DNA of 40,883 nucleotides from a virus (IMGVR_UViG_2923334124_000004), one strand, 5' to 3'; shown: positions 1 to 9,137, counted from the stretch's first letter. Translations and numbers: made by a program. Notes: a model not told the origin generated them from the sequence alone.

Positions 1-390
1 TTACTCTTTTTTCTCCGTATCTGCATCGGGTTCATCAGCAAATAGCTTGCCCTGCATCCGATCCAGTTCTTCTTTTCTTACCCGCTTAACCACGCTGTAG
101 ACCCACTGAAGCGAAACACCAAATTTGCGGGCCAGTTCGTGGTGGTTGCGTCCGTTAAACTCCCTGAAGATTTCCCGGTCGCGCTGACTGACCTTCCATA
201 CCATGCCCATCGGGAAATAAACGTTTTGCCCGCCCCAGACCTGCATCATTCGGTTCGCGACGGCCTGACCAATCTGGTCGGCAACTTCGGGCTCAATATC
301 AATAATCTCGCGAACGGTCTCAGAGGTATGCTGTGCCAGTTCCACCAGGAGTTCCGGCCCCTTACTTCGAAACTGATTCAGGTCGCTCAT
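1..390 (-). CDS. mor: Mor/C-family transcriptional activator (middle/late operon regulator)
   Basis: 129 aa; C-terminal region GGQNVYFP...FNGRN..ELARKFGVS..WVYSVV is typical of Mu Mor/C activators; ATG at 388-390, stop TAA at 1-3 (minus strand). Confidence 0.65.
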   Translation of the reverse strand: MSDLNQFRSKGPELLVELAQHTSETVREIIDIEPEVADQIGQAVANRMMQVWGGQNVYFPMGMVWKVSQRDREIFREFNGRNHHELARKFGVSLQWVYSVVKRVRKEELDRMQGKLFADEPDADTEKKE

Positions 391-811
391 GTTTGACTCC
401 CGCAGCTCTGCGCTGCCACTTCTTCAGTTTCTCAATAACACTGCTTGCCTGTTCAGTACTGAGCCAGCGCAGGGCGCTGATGCCCGTTTCCCGCTTGATC
501 CACCTCGCTAATGCATTTTCTGAACGGTCACGAACAATGCCGGCAGCAGCCATTTCAAGCCATAGCGCACGAATTTTCCTGGACTGCGGATGGTTATCAA
601 GCGGTAAACCGGAGCTGGCTTTTCTGGCTGGTTTAACGCGAAAGCCTTTCTTTTTCATGGATTCCAGCACGCAGTTTAGTTGTGTGGTATCCATTCCTTT
701 GGTTGAGGCTTTACCGGTCAGCCCCTGTAACATCTGGCGGTAGGTGTCTTCATCCATACCCAGTTCATTACGGGCAATATGGATAAGCTGTATCAGGCGT
801 TTTTTCTGCAT
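362..811 (-). CDS. GemA-like protein (Mu gp16 family)
   Basis: 149 aa; position immediately upstream of mor and sequence character match Mu gp16/GemA-like proteins as I recall them; overlaps mor start by 29 nt. Confidence 0.55.
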   Translation of the reverse strand: MQKKRLIQLIHIARNELGMDEDTYRQMLQGLTGKASTKGMDTTQLNCVLESMKKKGFRVKPARKASSGLPLDNHPQSRKIRALWLEMAAAGIVRDRSENALARWIKRETGISALRWLSTEQASSVIEKLKKWQRRAAGVKHERPESVSK

Positions 812-812
812 A

Positions 813-1019
813 TCATCTCCTTTTTTTCAGTCTGTCGGCAACAATGTCGGTTGCAGCTGGCAGGGTGACTGGCCAGAACAACATGACGGCGGTCATGTAC
901 AGGATGTAATGCGCGGTGTCGTAGTGCCTGCCATAGCCCAGGGAACGATGAAGTCTTGCGCTGCATGATCCTGCGTACATATACCAGAAAAGAAAACAGA
1001 CAATGGTTTCAGTAGTCAT
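813..1019 (-). CDS. small membrane protein (hypothetical)
   Basis: ORF 813-1175 trimmed to internal ATG at 1017-1019 preceded by GGAGG; hydrophobic segments (FLFWYMYAG, ILYMTAVMLFWPV). Confidence 0.3.
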   Translation of the reverse strand: MTTETIVCFLFWYMYAGSCSARLHRSLGYGRHYDTAHYILYMTAVMLFWPVTLPAATDIVADRLKKRR

Positions 1020-1239
1020 TCTGAATACCTCCCCATTCGATATGAATATTACGGGCAGCAATGACAGGGTCGTTATTCCACCATGCACCTGACATGTATT
1101 TTTCAACCTGTTCGCGTCCGGCAATAACACCAATTGTGATCCCCGGCCTGACGTTCTTAAAAAAGGCGCGGGCAAAAAGGTATCTGGCAGATATTCGGCA
1201 GGCTTTTAATTTCCGGCTTTTACCTGATAGCGTAATCAT
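1009..1239 (-). CDS. hypothetical protein
   Basis: 76 aa ORF whose ATG overlaps the stop of the upstream gene (ATGA overlap at 1236-1239), suggesting translational coupling. Confidence 0.3.
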   Translation of the reverse strand: MITLSGKSRKLKACRISARYLFARAFFKNVRPGITIGVIAGREQVEKYMSGAWWNNDPVIAARNIHIEWGGIQNDY

Positions 1240-1919
1240 CTGGCCTCCAGTTTCTGTTGTTCCTGCCCACTGACCGGGCGGTGCAGTCTGACGTTCTGCC
1301 CTTCACGAAACCCCGCATAGCGCGAGGCGTCGCCATTGCGGCTTCTTCCCGGTTTACGCGCCCTGGTGGTTTGCGTCTGCGGGTATTTATGTTCCAGCCA
1401 CTGCTGCATCAGTTCACGCTCATCATCGGTCAGGGCAAAGGACTGTATTTCACTGATAACGGCCAGCACCCAGCCTTCGGCAAACTGGTCTCCACGGCTG
1501 GTGCGGGTGGCGGTTTTTATTCTTTTGTTCTGTGCACTGATATACTGCTGACGCGCCTTTTTCAGCTGACGGGCCAGCACTTCCCAGGTGTATGCAGCCA
1601 GTGCCGCACGTTCCCGGTTGCCGTAGAACCCCACAGACGGATGCGTGCCGGGGTGAATGATGGAGTTAACACCAAATACCTCGCGGATGATGTTCATCAG
1701 GCCCAGCATGTAGCGCGGTGGACGGAGACTGCCTGTCGGCCAGTAGTGACTGATGGTTTCATCAATATCACTCATAGCAATGTCGGAATGTGTGATGCCG
1801 TGAACATCCATCAGTTTACGGGCTCGGCGCAGTGCCAGAGCGGCCTCGTGCGGGTTGCCGGATGCGGCCAGCGCCAGCAACTTTTTCAGTTTCTCAATGT
1901 GTTTATTCTGGTCTGTCAT
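1236..1919 (-). CDS. DUF2786-like phage protein
   Basis: N-terminal KIEKLKKLLALAASGNPHEAALALRRARKLMDVHGIT resembles the DUF2786 motif; start set to ATG 1917-1919, which overlaps the upstream stop (ATGA); the track ORF extends to 1955. Confidence 0.5.
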   Translation of the reverse strand: MTDQNKHIEKLKKLLALAASGNPHEAALALRRARKLMDVHGITHSDIAMSDIDETISHYWPTGSLRPPRYMLGLMNIIREVFGVNSIIHPGTHPSVGFYGNRERAALAAYTWEVLARQLKKARQQYISAQNKRIKTATRTSRGDQFAEGWVLAVISEIQSFALTDDERELMQQWLEHKYPQTQTTRARKPGRSRNGDASRYAGFREGQNVRLHRPVSGQEQQKLEAR

Positions 1920-2131
1920 TGTTCTGTATCTCCGGTATTTTTCTGCCGTTTCCATGCCCGGACAGCGTCGGACAGCTCTTTCAGGCTGTATGCTGCTTTA
2001 AGCTTTTCCCATAACCACTGTGTTGTTATGTGCATCAGCAGGGCAGCCAGGGCTGCCCCCGCACTGAGGCATGTCGCCAGGCCAGTAAGAATCAGTGTCC
2101 ATGCGGTGATTTCCCTGAGTATGTCAGCCAT
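1916..2131 (-). CDS. small membrane protein (hypothetical)
   Basis: 71 aa with one clear hydrophobic segment (WTLILTGLATCLSAGAALAALLM). Confidence 0.4.
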   Translation of the reverse strand: MADILREITAWTLILTGLATCLSAGAALAALLMHITTQWLWEKLKAAYSLKELSDAVRAWKRQKNTGDTEQ

Positions 2132-2145
2132 TGAATGCCTCCCGG

Positions 2146-2442
2146 TTACTCGTTCGTGTAAATCACGCCCAGTCGTGCAGCCAGACGTTCCAGTTTTTTC
2201 TGTTTGTGGAAGTCAATCAGCCGGTCCATCCCCTGAAGGCGCAGTTGCTCTGTCATGATTTCCACGTCTGCCAGCTCTGCCGCGAGGTCACTTTCGCTGC
2301 CCTGTCCGTTCAGGTTGCGGGCGGCACTGGCCGCCAGTTCAGCGGCCTCTTCTGCCAGTTTCAGGGCCTGTGCGTCCGGCCCGAAACGCTGCAGGGCCAG
2401 ACGGTAGAGGGCGGTGCGGGTGAGTTCGGTGTTTCGTGTCAT
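2146..2442 (-). CDS. hypothetical protein, possibly MazG-like NTP pyrophosphohydrolase fold
   Basis: 98 aa; EEAAELAASAA...DLAAELADVEIMTEQL resembles the acidic helical motifs of MazG/HisE-like proteins; weak, by eye only. Confidence 0.35.
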   Translation of the reverse strand: MTRNTELTRTALYRLALQRFGPDAQALKLAEEAAELAASAARNLNGQGSESDLAAELADVEIMTEQLRLQGMDRLIDFHKQKKLERLAARLGVIYTNE

Positions 2443-2451
2443 GCCGCGCCC

Positions 2452-2724
2452 TCAGTGCTTCCGGCTGACGGTGATGTGCAGGCCGCCTTCTGCAGTGGTT
2501 TCCATCCGGTACGGCACCTCATGCTCTGCCGTGTGGGTGAGTGTGTTCATCAGTACCTGCAGGGCAGCCTCCTTTCCGTTGGTCGCCACAATGGCCTGTG
2601 TGGCCATGCTGATTAGCGCCGTCAGGACGTGCTTCACATCGGTGAGGTCGCGGCATTCACACTCGTTGACATAGTGTTCAACAAGGGTTCGGGTGCGCTG
2701 TCGTGCTTCCTGTGGGGTAATCAT
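2452..2724 (-). CDS. hypothetical early protein
   Basis: 90 aa ORF in the operon; start overlaps the stop of the upstream ORF. Confidence 0.4.
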   Translation of the reverse strand: MITPQEARQRTRTLVEHYVNECECRDLTDVKHVLTALISMATQAIVATNGKEAALQVLMNTLTHTAEHEVPYRMETTAEGGLHITVSRKH

Positions 2725-2915
2725 TGCGAGTCCTCCCTGTCAGGGCGGGAGAATTCCATGACGGGCACGTCTGCCGAAAAATGCTGGCTGCAGTACGGGC
2801 AGACCAGGGTGACGCGTACCGCAGGGATGTGGTATTTACCGGACATCACGGCGATGGCGCTGTGAAAACGCAGGGCTGTTATATCCCTCTCGCACTGAAT
2901 ACATTTAAATATCAT
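2721..2915 (-). CDS. zinc-ribbon protein (hypothetical)
   Basis: 64 aa with two CxxC pairs (C5/C8 and C39/C42). Confidence 0.4.
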   Translation of the reverse strand: MIFKCIQCERDITALRFHSAIAVMSGKYHIPAVRVTLVCPYCSQHFSADVPVMEFSRPDREDSQ

Positions 2916-3012
2916 GATTTAATTCTCCTCTGTTTCCGGCGTGCAGAAGCCCGCGGCGCTGACGTCGGAATAAAAAAGAAAATGTTTTTATTAAATAATT
3001 AACGTGGTGTGT

Positions 3013-3543
3013 TTACTGCACATCCTGCTCAAAAGGAATTATTGAAAAATCCTCAATGTCGCTTTTAATGGAAATACCGGGAATATTTTTCACGGCCTCT
3101 TTTTCATTCAGGATAGCGTCTTTATTTATTTCCTCTTTTACACGAATAAAGCGCTCAAGCCCCAGACGTCTCAGTAATTCAATAACATTATCCGCCCCAC
3201 GGATACTGACTGATGGCGGACGGTTTCGCCACTGCACCTCGCCGGTGGTGAGGTTAGCGAACTTCACCTTCCCGTTGCCGGTCAGTTCATCACGGTGTGC
3301 CTCACACCATGTCTGAATACCGGACTGCAGTTCGGCCATGCGTTTTTTCAGGCTCTCGGTGAGCGGGGCATAACGTGCGGTGATATCGCCAATGGCGTCA
3401 TTCATTTCTGTTTCAGCCCTGACCAGTTCACGTTGTGCGTCACCGAGTAGTCTGATTCCCTCAATGACCTCTTCACGTGTCCCCGGCACCCAGAGTGCTG
3501 CTGCGGCCTTGATACGTTTTGCACCTTTTGTACTTTTTGCCAT
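3013..3543 (-). CDS. gam: host-nuclease inhibitor Gam-like protein
   Basis: 176 aa; size, position downstream of the B-like gene, and sequence character fit Mu Gam. Confidence 0.7.
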   Translation of the reverse strand: MAKSTKGAKRIKAAAALWVPGTREEVIEGIRLLGDAQRELVRAETEMNDAIGDITARYAPLTESLKKRMAELQSGIQTWCEAHRDELTGNGKVKFANLTTGEVQWRNRPPSVSIRGADNVIELLRRLGLERFIRVKEEINKDAILNEKEAVKNIPGISIKSDIEDFSIIPFEQDVQ

Positions 3544-3570
3544 TTTTTATGATTTCTCCAGTTGTGCTGA

Positions 3571-3840
3571 TTACCACAAAGATTCCGGCCACACGACGCG
3601 ACAGCCGTGCAGTTCGAAAACGCCCTGACGGAAATATCCCCTGTGGTCATGTCCGGTATACAGATAACAGGCCTTTCCCTGCTCAAGCATGCGCATGCAA
3701 TGCGCACTCCGGGAAACGCGGATGACAGGTTTGTTACCCCTGATGGTGATGCTTTGTACATCCGTGTTCGTCGCCTTAAGCGCCATAATGGCTGACTGCA
3801 CTTTGCTGATTTGCTGGTTGATACCTGTGGTGGATTTCAT
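3571..3840 (-). CDS. hypothetical protein (occupies the kil-equivalent position)
   Basis: 89 aa ORF between the B-like and gam-like genes, same strand, tightly packed. Confidence 0.4.
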   Translation of the reverse strand: MKSTTGINQQISKVQSAIMALKATNTDVQSITIRGNKPVIRVSRSAHCMRMLEQGKACYLYTGHDHRGYFRQGVFELHGCRVVWPESLW

Positions 3841-3842
3841 TA

Positions 3843-5009
3843 TTAAACCCCTTTGACAACGTCAGCGTTGACCTGTGGAACCCCGATTTCAGCGGCCAGA
3901 TTCATGGCGGCTATTACCAGGTTACTGACGGCCAGCGGATACAGCAGGCTGACCATATTTTTACGGTGACTTCCCGGATTGCTCAGGCGGGCACGTATGG
4001 CATCCACTGCACCGGCGTCCATAATGTCCGTCAGCTGTTTACCGGCCCGTTGCAGTTTGAACGTCAGAAATTCTTCAAGGTTATTGTCCAGAGGCAGAAG
4101 TTCGACCACCTCACAGCGCTGAACGACTTCACGGACTTCCATATTGCGTTCAGACAGTTTTGTCGCCAGTTCCGGCTGGCCAATCAGCACGATGGACAGC
4201 AGTTTTTTGAAACCGGACTCCAGCTCAAAAAAGCGTTTGAGGTGTTTCAGTGTCGGAATGGGCAGACTGTGGGCCTCCTCAATCACCAGAACGTGGCTGA
4301 ACCCCGCCTGGCTGCTGTCTTTCAGGACGCGATGCAACTGGCGAAAACGGGCGTCCTGACTGCGTCTGATGCTTTCCAGTGGTGCGATGGTACTGATAAT
4401 GGCTTCGGCAATAGCTGCTGCCTTCAGGGTTTTCCCTTTCACATCGTTGTCTTCCATAGCGATGATGTATGGCTCGATAACAATTACCGGCGCATTCTCG
4501 CGGTTGATACGTTCAGTCAGGTCGCGGCGCAGCGTGGATTTACCCGCACCGGACTCACCGATGACGGCCATAAACCCACCATGACGGGCTGTCTGGTACA
4601 GCGCCTCACGCACGTAGCGAATGTCCGGGGTGGTGAACACATCATCAGAACCCTGCATGGCTTCGTCGGCGAACGGGTCACGGAAAAGACCAAACGCTTT
4701 TTTGGTTGCTGGAAATAACACCTGTTTTTTGAGTAACATATTCTCTTCCTCACTGAGGCTCGTTTTATCTGTGGTACCCGCTGTACGGGGCGTGGCCGCG
4801 CCCTGTACAGCATCAAAACTCTTCGTTGTATCAATCCCCTGACTTTCCAGCCAGGACGCAAGACGCCGGCGCACTTCTCCGGGGCTGGTGCGGGGCCACG
4901 CGTTATGATTCACAATCTGGGCCAGCGTGGCCTCAGAAACATCGACAGCTCTCGCCACCACCGCCTGTGGAATACGGGCCTCTTTCAGTTGCTGCTTCAG
5001 TACCAGCAT
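3843..5009 (-). CDS. MuB-like transposition ATPase (AAA+)
   Basis: Walker A IGESGAGKST; immediately downstream of the transposase; start set to ATG 5007-5009 preceded by AGGAGG (the track ORF begins at an upstream GTG, 5048). Confidence 0.8.
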   Translation of the reverse strand: MLVLKQQLKEARIPQAVVARAVDVSEATLAQIVNHNAWPRTSPGEVRRRLASWLESQGIDTTKSFDAVQGAATPRTAGTTDKTSLSEEENMLLKKQVLFPATKKAFGLFRDPFADEAMQGSDDVFTTPDIRYVREALYQTARHGGFMAVIGESGAGKSTLRRDLTERINRENAPVIVIEPYIIAMEDNDVKGKTLKAAAIAEAIISTIAPLESIRRSQDARFRQLHRVLKDSSQAGFSHVLVIEEAHSLPIPTLKHLKRFFELESGFKKLLSIVLIGQPELATKLSERNMEVREVVQRCEVVELLPLDNNLEEFLTFKLQRAGKQLTDIMDAGAVDAIRARLSNPGSHRKNMVSLLYPLAVSNLVIAAMNLAAEIGVPQVNADVVKGV

Positions 5010-5019
5010 GTTTCCCTCC

Positions 5020-6789
5020 TCAGTTGCCGTTAACAATGCTGATAACACTGCTGCGGGCCGGTGTGGTCAGCGTGGCCATGACTTCATCCAGTGCGGCTTC
5101 CGGTACGCCGTCCGGGTACTGTGCCGTTAACTGGCGGTAATGTTCCGGCGTCCAGGTAAGGCCGTCGGCGCTGAACTTATCGCGCAGGGCTTTCGCGGCC
5201 TCCACATGAGTCATGGGACGTTGTTCAGTGCGCGGCCCGCGTACGTCAGAGGCCTGACCACGCTTCGGCATATAGGCCGGAAGTGTGGTGTCGTCGATAT
5301 GTTTATACGGGTCAAGCCGCCCGCCGAACGGCAGCGCCTTCGCCTTGCGTGCGGCGGCTGCATCTGCGGCGTTGTCTGTACCGGTAACCAGCGCTTCGGT
5401 TTCTTTTGCCGCCATCTGTGCCGGGGTTTCCGGCAGGGCTTTGTAACTTTCGCCAAATACCGCCGCGCCTTCAGCAAAGCCAAACTCGTTCTTTCTGACC
5501 TCTTCGACCAGGAAGAACGTCTCGTGGCCGTCCTCACCGGTCAGAACCACCTGTGCCACATCGCTGCGCCATGGGTTACGGGTAATCATCAGTTTTTCAC
5601 CAACCAGTACGCCCGGTACCGTTGATACGTCAAATTCAGTGCCCCGGAACGAGACACGAAGTTTTGGCGTGACTTTGCGGAGTTCTGGTGCCGCCACAGC
5701 CAGTTCACGACATACCTCAACGGAAGGCGCTTTTTTCAGCTGCTCAGCAGTAATCTTCAGCCAGATATCCGTGCGGGTTTTACCGTGGCGGCTGTGAACA
5801 GCCGTGGCGTTAAAGTGGCTGCGCCATTTCGCGGCCAGCGCGTTGAGTTCTTCCAGACTGTGAACCGGCCGGAACTTCAGACCCGGCTCCAGCTTGCGTT
5901 CGATAATGTCACGCGCCTTTTCCACCTGTCCGGTGGCGCGGGCGTTATGCGGCTTGTGCGCTATCAGGTCGATGCCCAGTGAGCGGCACATGTTTTTCGT
6001 CATACCCGCGGTGTTTGCCGAGCCGGGGTCGAGATAGAGTATTTTCGGCACGCCGTGCAGCACGTCTGCGCCGCCACGCTCCTGCATGGCGTTGATAAGC
6101 ACAGAACACAGGTTCTCACCTGATTCCGCGCCCGTCACATACTCAACGTAAATCCAGCCGCTGGCATGGTCGGTAATCTCGTAACTCCACACGCGGTCAC
6201 TGGCGATACGGGCAAGGTTAGCGGGCTTGTTCTTGTAGAACTTCGCGCTGTCCATCACCTGCAGCCCTTTATGTCCATTGCTCAGGTAGTAAAGCGTGCA
6301 GAGTGAGGCGTCAATCTGCCAGACATGATTGGGATGCAGACTGGCCACTTCGGTATGTGGTGCAGGGGCATCCAGTTGTTCCGGGTGCAGGCCATAGTTA
6401 CGCAGAGCACGGCTGATGGCATCTTCAGACAACGGGAAAAACTCACTGGTGGTTTCATCTGTTCTGCCTGCGGTGATAAAGCCGTTAGCCCGCAGGGTTT
6501 CCACTGCATCTGCGATGGAATAGAGACGCTTACCGTTCTTGCGGGTGGCCTCACGCAGTGTGGCAGATATCAGCGCGGCTTCGTCGCGGGTCAGGGCGCT
6601 GCGCCCGGCATCGGCGCGTTTTTTGCGTTTATCAGTCACAGATACCTCCTTCAGCCTGCGCAGCAGAGTGGCGCGGGACATGCCAAGTTCAGCACAGGCA
6701 GCGTCGTATATTGCACCGCGTTTACCATGCCCCGCGTCACGTGCCGCGCGGGCTGTTTCAACCAGTTTTTCAGTCAGTGCCGGGGTCAT
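5020..6789 (-). CDS. DDE transposase, MuA-like (integrase core domain)
   Basis: 589 aa; N-terminal HTH region, integrase-core motifs (HVWQIDAS...YLDPGS), followed by the B-like ATPase; the right terminus carries Mu-like CATTTATCG repeats. Confidence 0.8.
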   Translation of the reverse strand: MTPALTEKLVETARAARDAGHGKRGAIYDAACAELGMSRATLLRRLKEVSVTDKRKKRADAGRSALTRDEAALISATLREATRKNGKRLYSIADAVETLRANGFITAGRTDETTSEFFPLSEDAISRALRNYGLHPEQLDAPAPHTEVASLHPNHVWQIDASLCTLYYLSNGHKGLQVMDSAKFYKNKPANLARIASDRVWSYEITDHASGWIYVEYVTGAESGENLCSVLINAMQERGGADVLHGVPKILYLDPGSANTAGMTKNMCRSLGIDLIAHKPHNARATGQVEKARDIIERKLEPGLKFRPVHSLEELNALAAKWRSHFNATAVHSRHGKTRTDIWLKITAEQLKKAPSVEVCRELAVAAPELRKVTPKLRVSFRGTEFDVSTVPGVLVGEKLMITRNPWRSDVAQVVLTGEDGHETFFLVEEVRKNEFGFAEGAAVFGESYKALPETPAQMAAKETEALVTGTDNAADAAAARKAKALPFGGRLDPYKHIDDTTLPAYMPKRGQASDVRGPRTEQRPMTHVEAAKALRDKFSADGLTWTPEHYRQLTAQYPDGVPEAALDEVMATLTTPARSSVISIVNGN

Positions 6790-6804
6790 AGCTTGTCTTC
6801 CCTG

Positions 6805-7122
6805 TTATCCGATTCTGGCGGCAATTTTTCTGGCGAGGTCGCACAGTGTTTCGCCATCGCAGGTTTTCACCACGGTATTTACCGGTTGCGGTGCAACTAC
6901 CGGGCGTAATGCTGACTGATTCTGCAGACGTCTTATCTGCTGCATCAGCATCACCTCCATCGTCAGTACAAACGGGTGCGTCTCCTGTGCGGGTACGCAG
7001 ATTTCACCGGAAGGGGTCACCACGCGGAAACCCTGCACCATCTCCGGCAGCAGATTACACAGTGCGTGCCCCAGTGCCTCCGGGCTGTCCATCAGGGTAT
7101 TTTGTGTGTTATTCGTATTCAT
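6805..7122 (-). CDS. hypothetical protein
   Basis: 105 aa ORF directly upstream of the transposase, same strand. Confidence 0.4.
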   Translation of the reverse strand: MNTNNTQNTLMDSPEALGHALCNLLPEMVQGFRVVTPSGEICVPAQETHPFVLTMEVMLMQQIRRLQNQSALRPVVAPQPVNTVVKTCDGETLCDLARKIAARIG

Positions 7123-8042
7123 TACTGCATATCCTCCGGTCGGTTGATTTCAGGTTCCGGTTCGGTCAGCCAGGCGGGGGCATCGTTACCCGATGGAGCG
7201 GCCTCAAGGTCAAACGTCTCACGTAATGCATGAACACTGCGTTCAATCTGGCAGACCAGACCGGCCATGAAATCTCTGGGGGTATCGATCATGTTTTTGG
7301 TGCAGTATTCACACAGGGTCTCAAAAACACTGGACAGCCGGACGGCGATAGCCGATTCGGCCTCAACCGCTAATGCCGTCACTTCCGCCCGCAATTTTTT
7401 CAGTTCTTCGTCTGGCGGCGGAGGTTGCAGGCGCGATTTCTTCTCCAGTTTTGTGGCCAGTTCGTTGATTTTTTCGTCCTTTCCGGCAAGCACCTGTTGC
7501 TGAGCTGCGTTGGTTTCGCGCGCTTCACGCAGGGCGGCCTTCAGTTCGCGGCTGGTCATGCGATCAATATCATCAAGCGTTGCACCGGCGACGGTTCCAC
7601 CATCAGCTAATGCGTCGAGTTCTTCGTCATCCAGAACCATCAGTTCATATAACTTGGTTTTTCCCAAAACGCTCAGCGCTGAGCGTTTTGGCTGTTCATC
7701 TCCATTGCCGAGAAATTTCACGCTGGCCTGCATCATGCGACGAGCTACCTGTGGTGCTAATCCGAGGTCGTTTTCCAGAATATTTGTGAAATCACCATGC
7801 GGTTCATTTTCTTTTAAGATGATCAGCCGCTTACCCGCTTCCAACATAGATTCAGCACTCTGCGCCATATAAAAACGTGCTTCGTGAACGATGCGTTCAC
7901 GTTCATAAGGCAGTCCATCACCAAACTGCTGCATGATCTCCATGCGATGCTGTGTCATGGCATTCAGGCTGACGTTGAGATCATCCGACAGCGGTACATC
8001 GGCGTTCAGTTCAGTGTTAATCGGTGATTTGGTACGTCCCAT
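7122..8042 (-). CDS. hypothetical early protein (acidic, coiled-coil rich)
   Basis: 306 aa ORF with long helical/coiled-coil stretches; no confident family assignment. Confidence 0.45.
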   Translation of the reverse strand: MGRTKSPINTELNADVPLSDDLNVSLNAMTQHRMEIMQQFGDGLPYERERIVHEARFYMAQSAESMLEAGKRLIILKENEPHGDFTNILENDLGLAPQVARRMMQASVKFLGNGDEQPKRSALSVLGKTKLYELMVLDDEELDALADGGTVAGATLDDIDRMTSRELKAALREARETNAAQQQVLAGKDEKINELATKLEKKSRLQPPPPDEELKKLRAEVTALAVEAESAIAVRLSSVFETLCEYCTKNMIDTPRDFMAGLVCQIERSVHALRETFDLEAAPSGNDAPAWLTEPEPEINRPEDMQ

Positions 8043-8052
8043 TGATTACTCC

Positions 8053-8367
8053 TTACAAACGACTACCTGAAATGACACGTTGGTTAATTTCGTTAATACG
8101 ATCCTGTGCACGTGCCATCTCGTTACTGTGGGCCATGGCGATCTGCAGTAACTGGATGCCCGGTGCAAAACGTCCGTTCTCCAGTTTCAGAGCCAGCCCT
8201 TCTTCAATGAGGGTGTTGAGTGCCCGGTTGATGTTTGCCGGTGACTCGTGCAGTGCTGTCGCCAGTTCACCGTTAGAAATACCGTTCAGGGCATGACCGC
8301 GCAGCGCTTTGAGTACCCGGAGGATGCGACTGCCGGAGCTTGAAACATTCGTCTTACTCATCTGCAT
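8053..8367 (-). CDS. winged-helix/HTH DNA-binding protein
   Basis: 104 aa; SRILRVLKAL...ISNGELATALHESPANINRALNTLIEEGL looks like an IclR/MarR-type N-terminal HTH. Confidence 0.45.
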   Translation of the reverse strand: MQMSKTNVSSSGSRILRVLKALRGHALNGISNGELATALHESPANINRALNTLIEEGLALKLENGRFAPGIQLLQIAMAHSNEMARAQDRINEINQRVISGSRL

Positions 8368-8413
8368 ACCTCTTTTGCGATATGTGATAACCTTTTACAA
8401 AGACTCAAAATAT

Positions 8414-8602
8414 TTAGGCCGCCTGAGCTGTTGATTTCAGTCCCAACTTCACGGCGATTTCATGGGATTTACCGTAACGGGCTTTGGTCTGCCCGTTGAG
8501 AACGCGGTATACCTCATTGCGGTTGTAGCCGTTTTCTTCTGCCCAGCGGGTGAAAGTGATCCCGCGCTGGCGGAAGAGAGCTTTGACTTGTTCTGCAGTC
8601 AT
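8414..8602 (-). CDS. Ner-like DNA-binding protein (Cro-like early regulator)
   Basis: 62 aa; first gene of the leftward operon, divergent from the repressor; strong SD (AAGGAGA) upstream of ATG 8600-8602; resembles Ner/Nlp-type HTH. Confidence 0.5.
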   Translation of the reverse strand: MTAEQVKALFRQRGITFTRWAEENGYNRNEVYRVLNGQTKARYGKSHEIAVKLGLKSTAQAA

Positions 8603-8654
8603 CGTTGTCTCCTTTGTTGATGCAATGATGTTTGCCTTATATGTGTTAGATTAT

Positions 8655-8672
8655 TGCTCATAATTATGAGCA
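8655..8672. promoter_or_regulatory. 18-bp perfect palindrome TGCTCATAATTATGAGCA, candidate operator
   Basis: Exact dyad symmetry in the 93-bp intergenic region between the divergent ner-like and repressor genes. Confidence 0.5.
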
Positions 8673-8695
8673 TATCAAGATAGAGATTCACTTTT

Positions 8696-9052
8696 ATGAG
8701 CAAAGATATAGGAGAGCGCGTTATTTCTGTGAGGAAGAAAGCAGGGTTGAACCAGAGAGAATTTGCAGCTCGTTTAGGTATTTCTAATGGTGGTATCAGT
8801 CAGATTGAAAATGGAAAGGCGATGCCTGGAGGGGAGTTTCTGTTAAAGATGCATCAAGAGTTTAATGTTGATGTAAATTGGTTGCTCACTGGAATGAGCA
8901 CAGATGGTATGACTAGAAACCAGAATCAAATTTCCCCAGAAAAACAAAAACTAATAGATACTTTTGACGACATGACACCAGACCAACAACGCTCATTTCT
9001 TGAGATTGGGCGATTCTATACTCAGCCAAAACCAGGAAAAATCGCAGGCTGA
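8696..9052 (+). CDS. XRE-family HTH repressor (prophage immunity repressor candidate)
   Basis: 118 aa; N-terminal NQREFAARLGISNGGISQIENGK is a classic XRE/Cro-CI HTH; divergent from the early operon; no S24 peptidase domain. Confidence 0.7.
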   Translation: MSKDIGERVISVRKKAGLNQREFAARLGISNGGISQIENGKAMPGGEFLLKMHQEFNVDVNWLLTGMSTDGMTRNQNQISPEKQKLIDTFDDMTPDQQRSFLEIGRFYTQPKPGKIAG

Positions 9053-9137
9053 TACTGACCCGGACACAAAGGACAGGTGGTTGATCTGGATGCTTTCAGA
9101 AAACATCGCCAGTGACATAGTGGAAGTTGTTTGGTTT

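Noticed and set aside
1257-2258. 333-aa plus-strand ORF antisense to the early operon, and similar long antisense ORFs at 17266-18336, 19975-20580, 22731-23465, 25092-25976 and 29604-30368
   Set aside because: Each lies entirely inside a well-supported gene on the other strand in GC-rich DNA, with no start context of its own; treated as shadow ORFs.
2721-2915. Zinc-ribbon ORF considered as a Com-like or Ogr-like late regulator
   Set aside because: The cysteine spacing (CxxC, about 30 residues, CxxC) does not match what I recall for Mu Com or P2 Ogr; kept as a generic zinc-ribbon protein.
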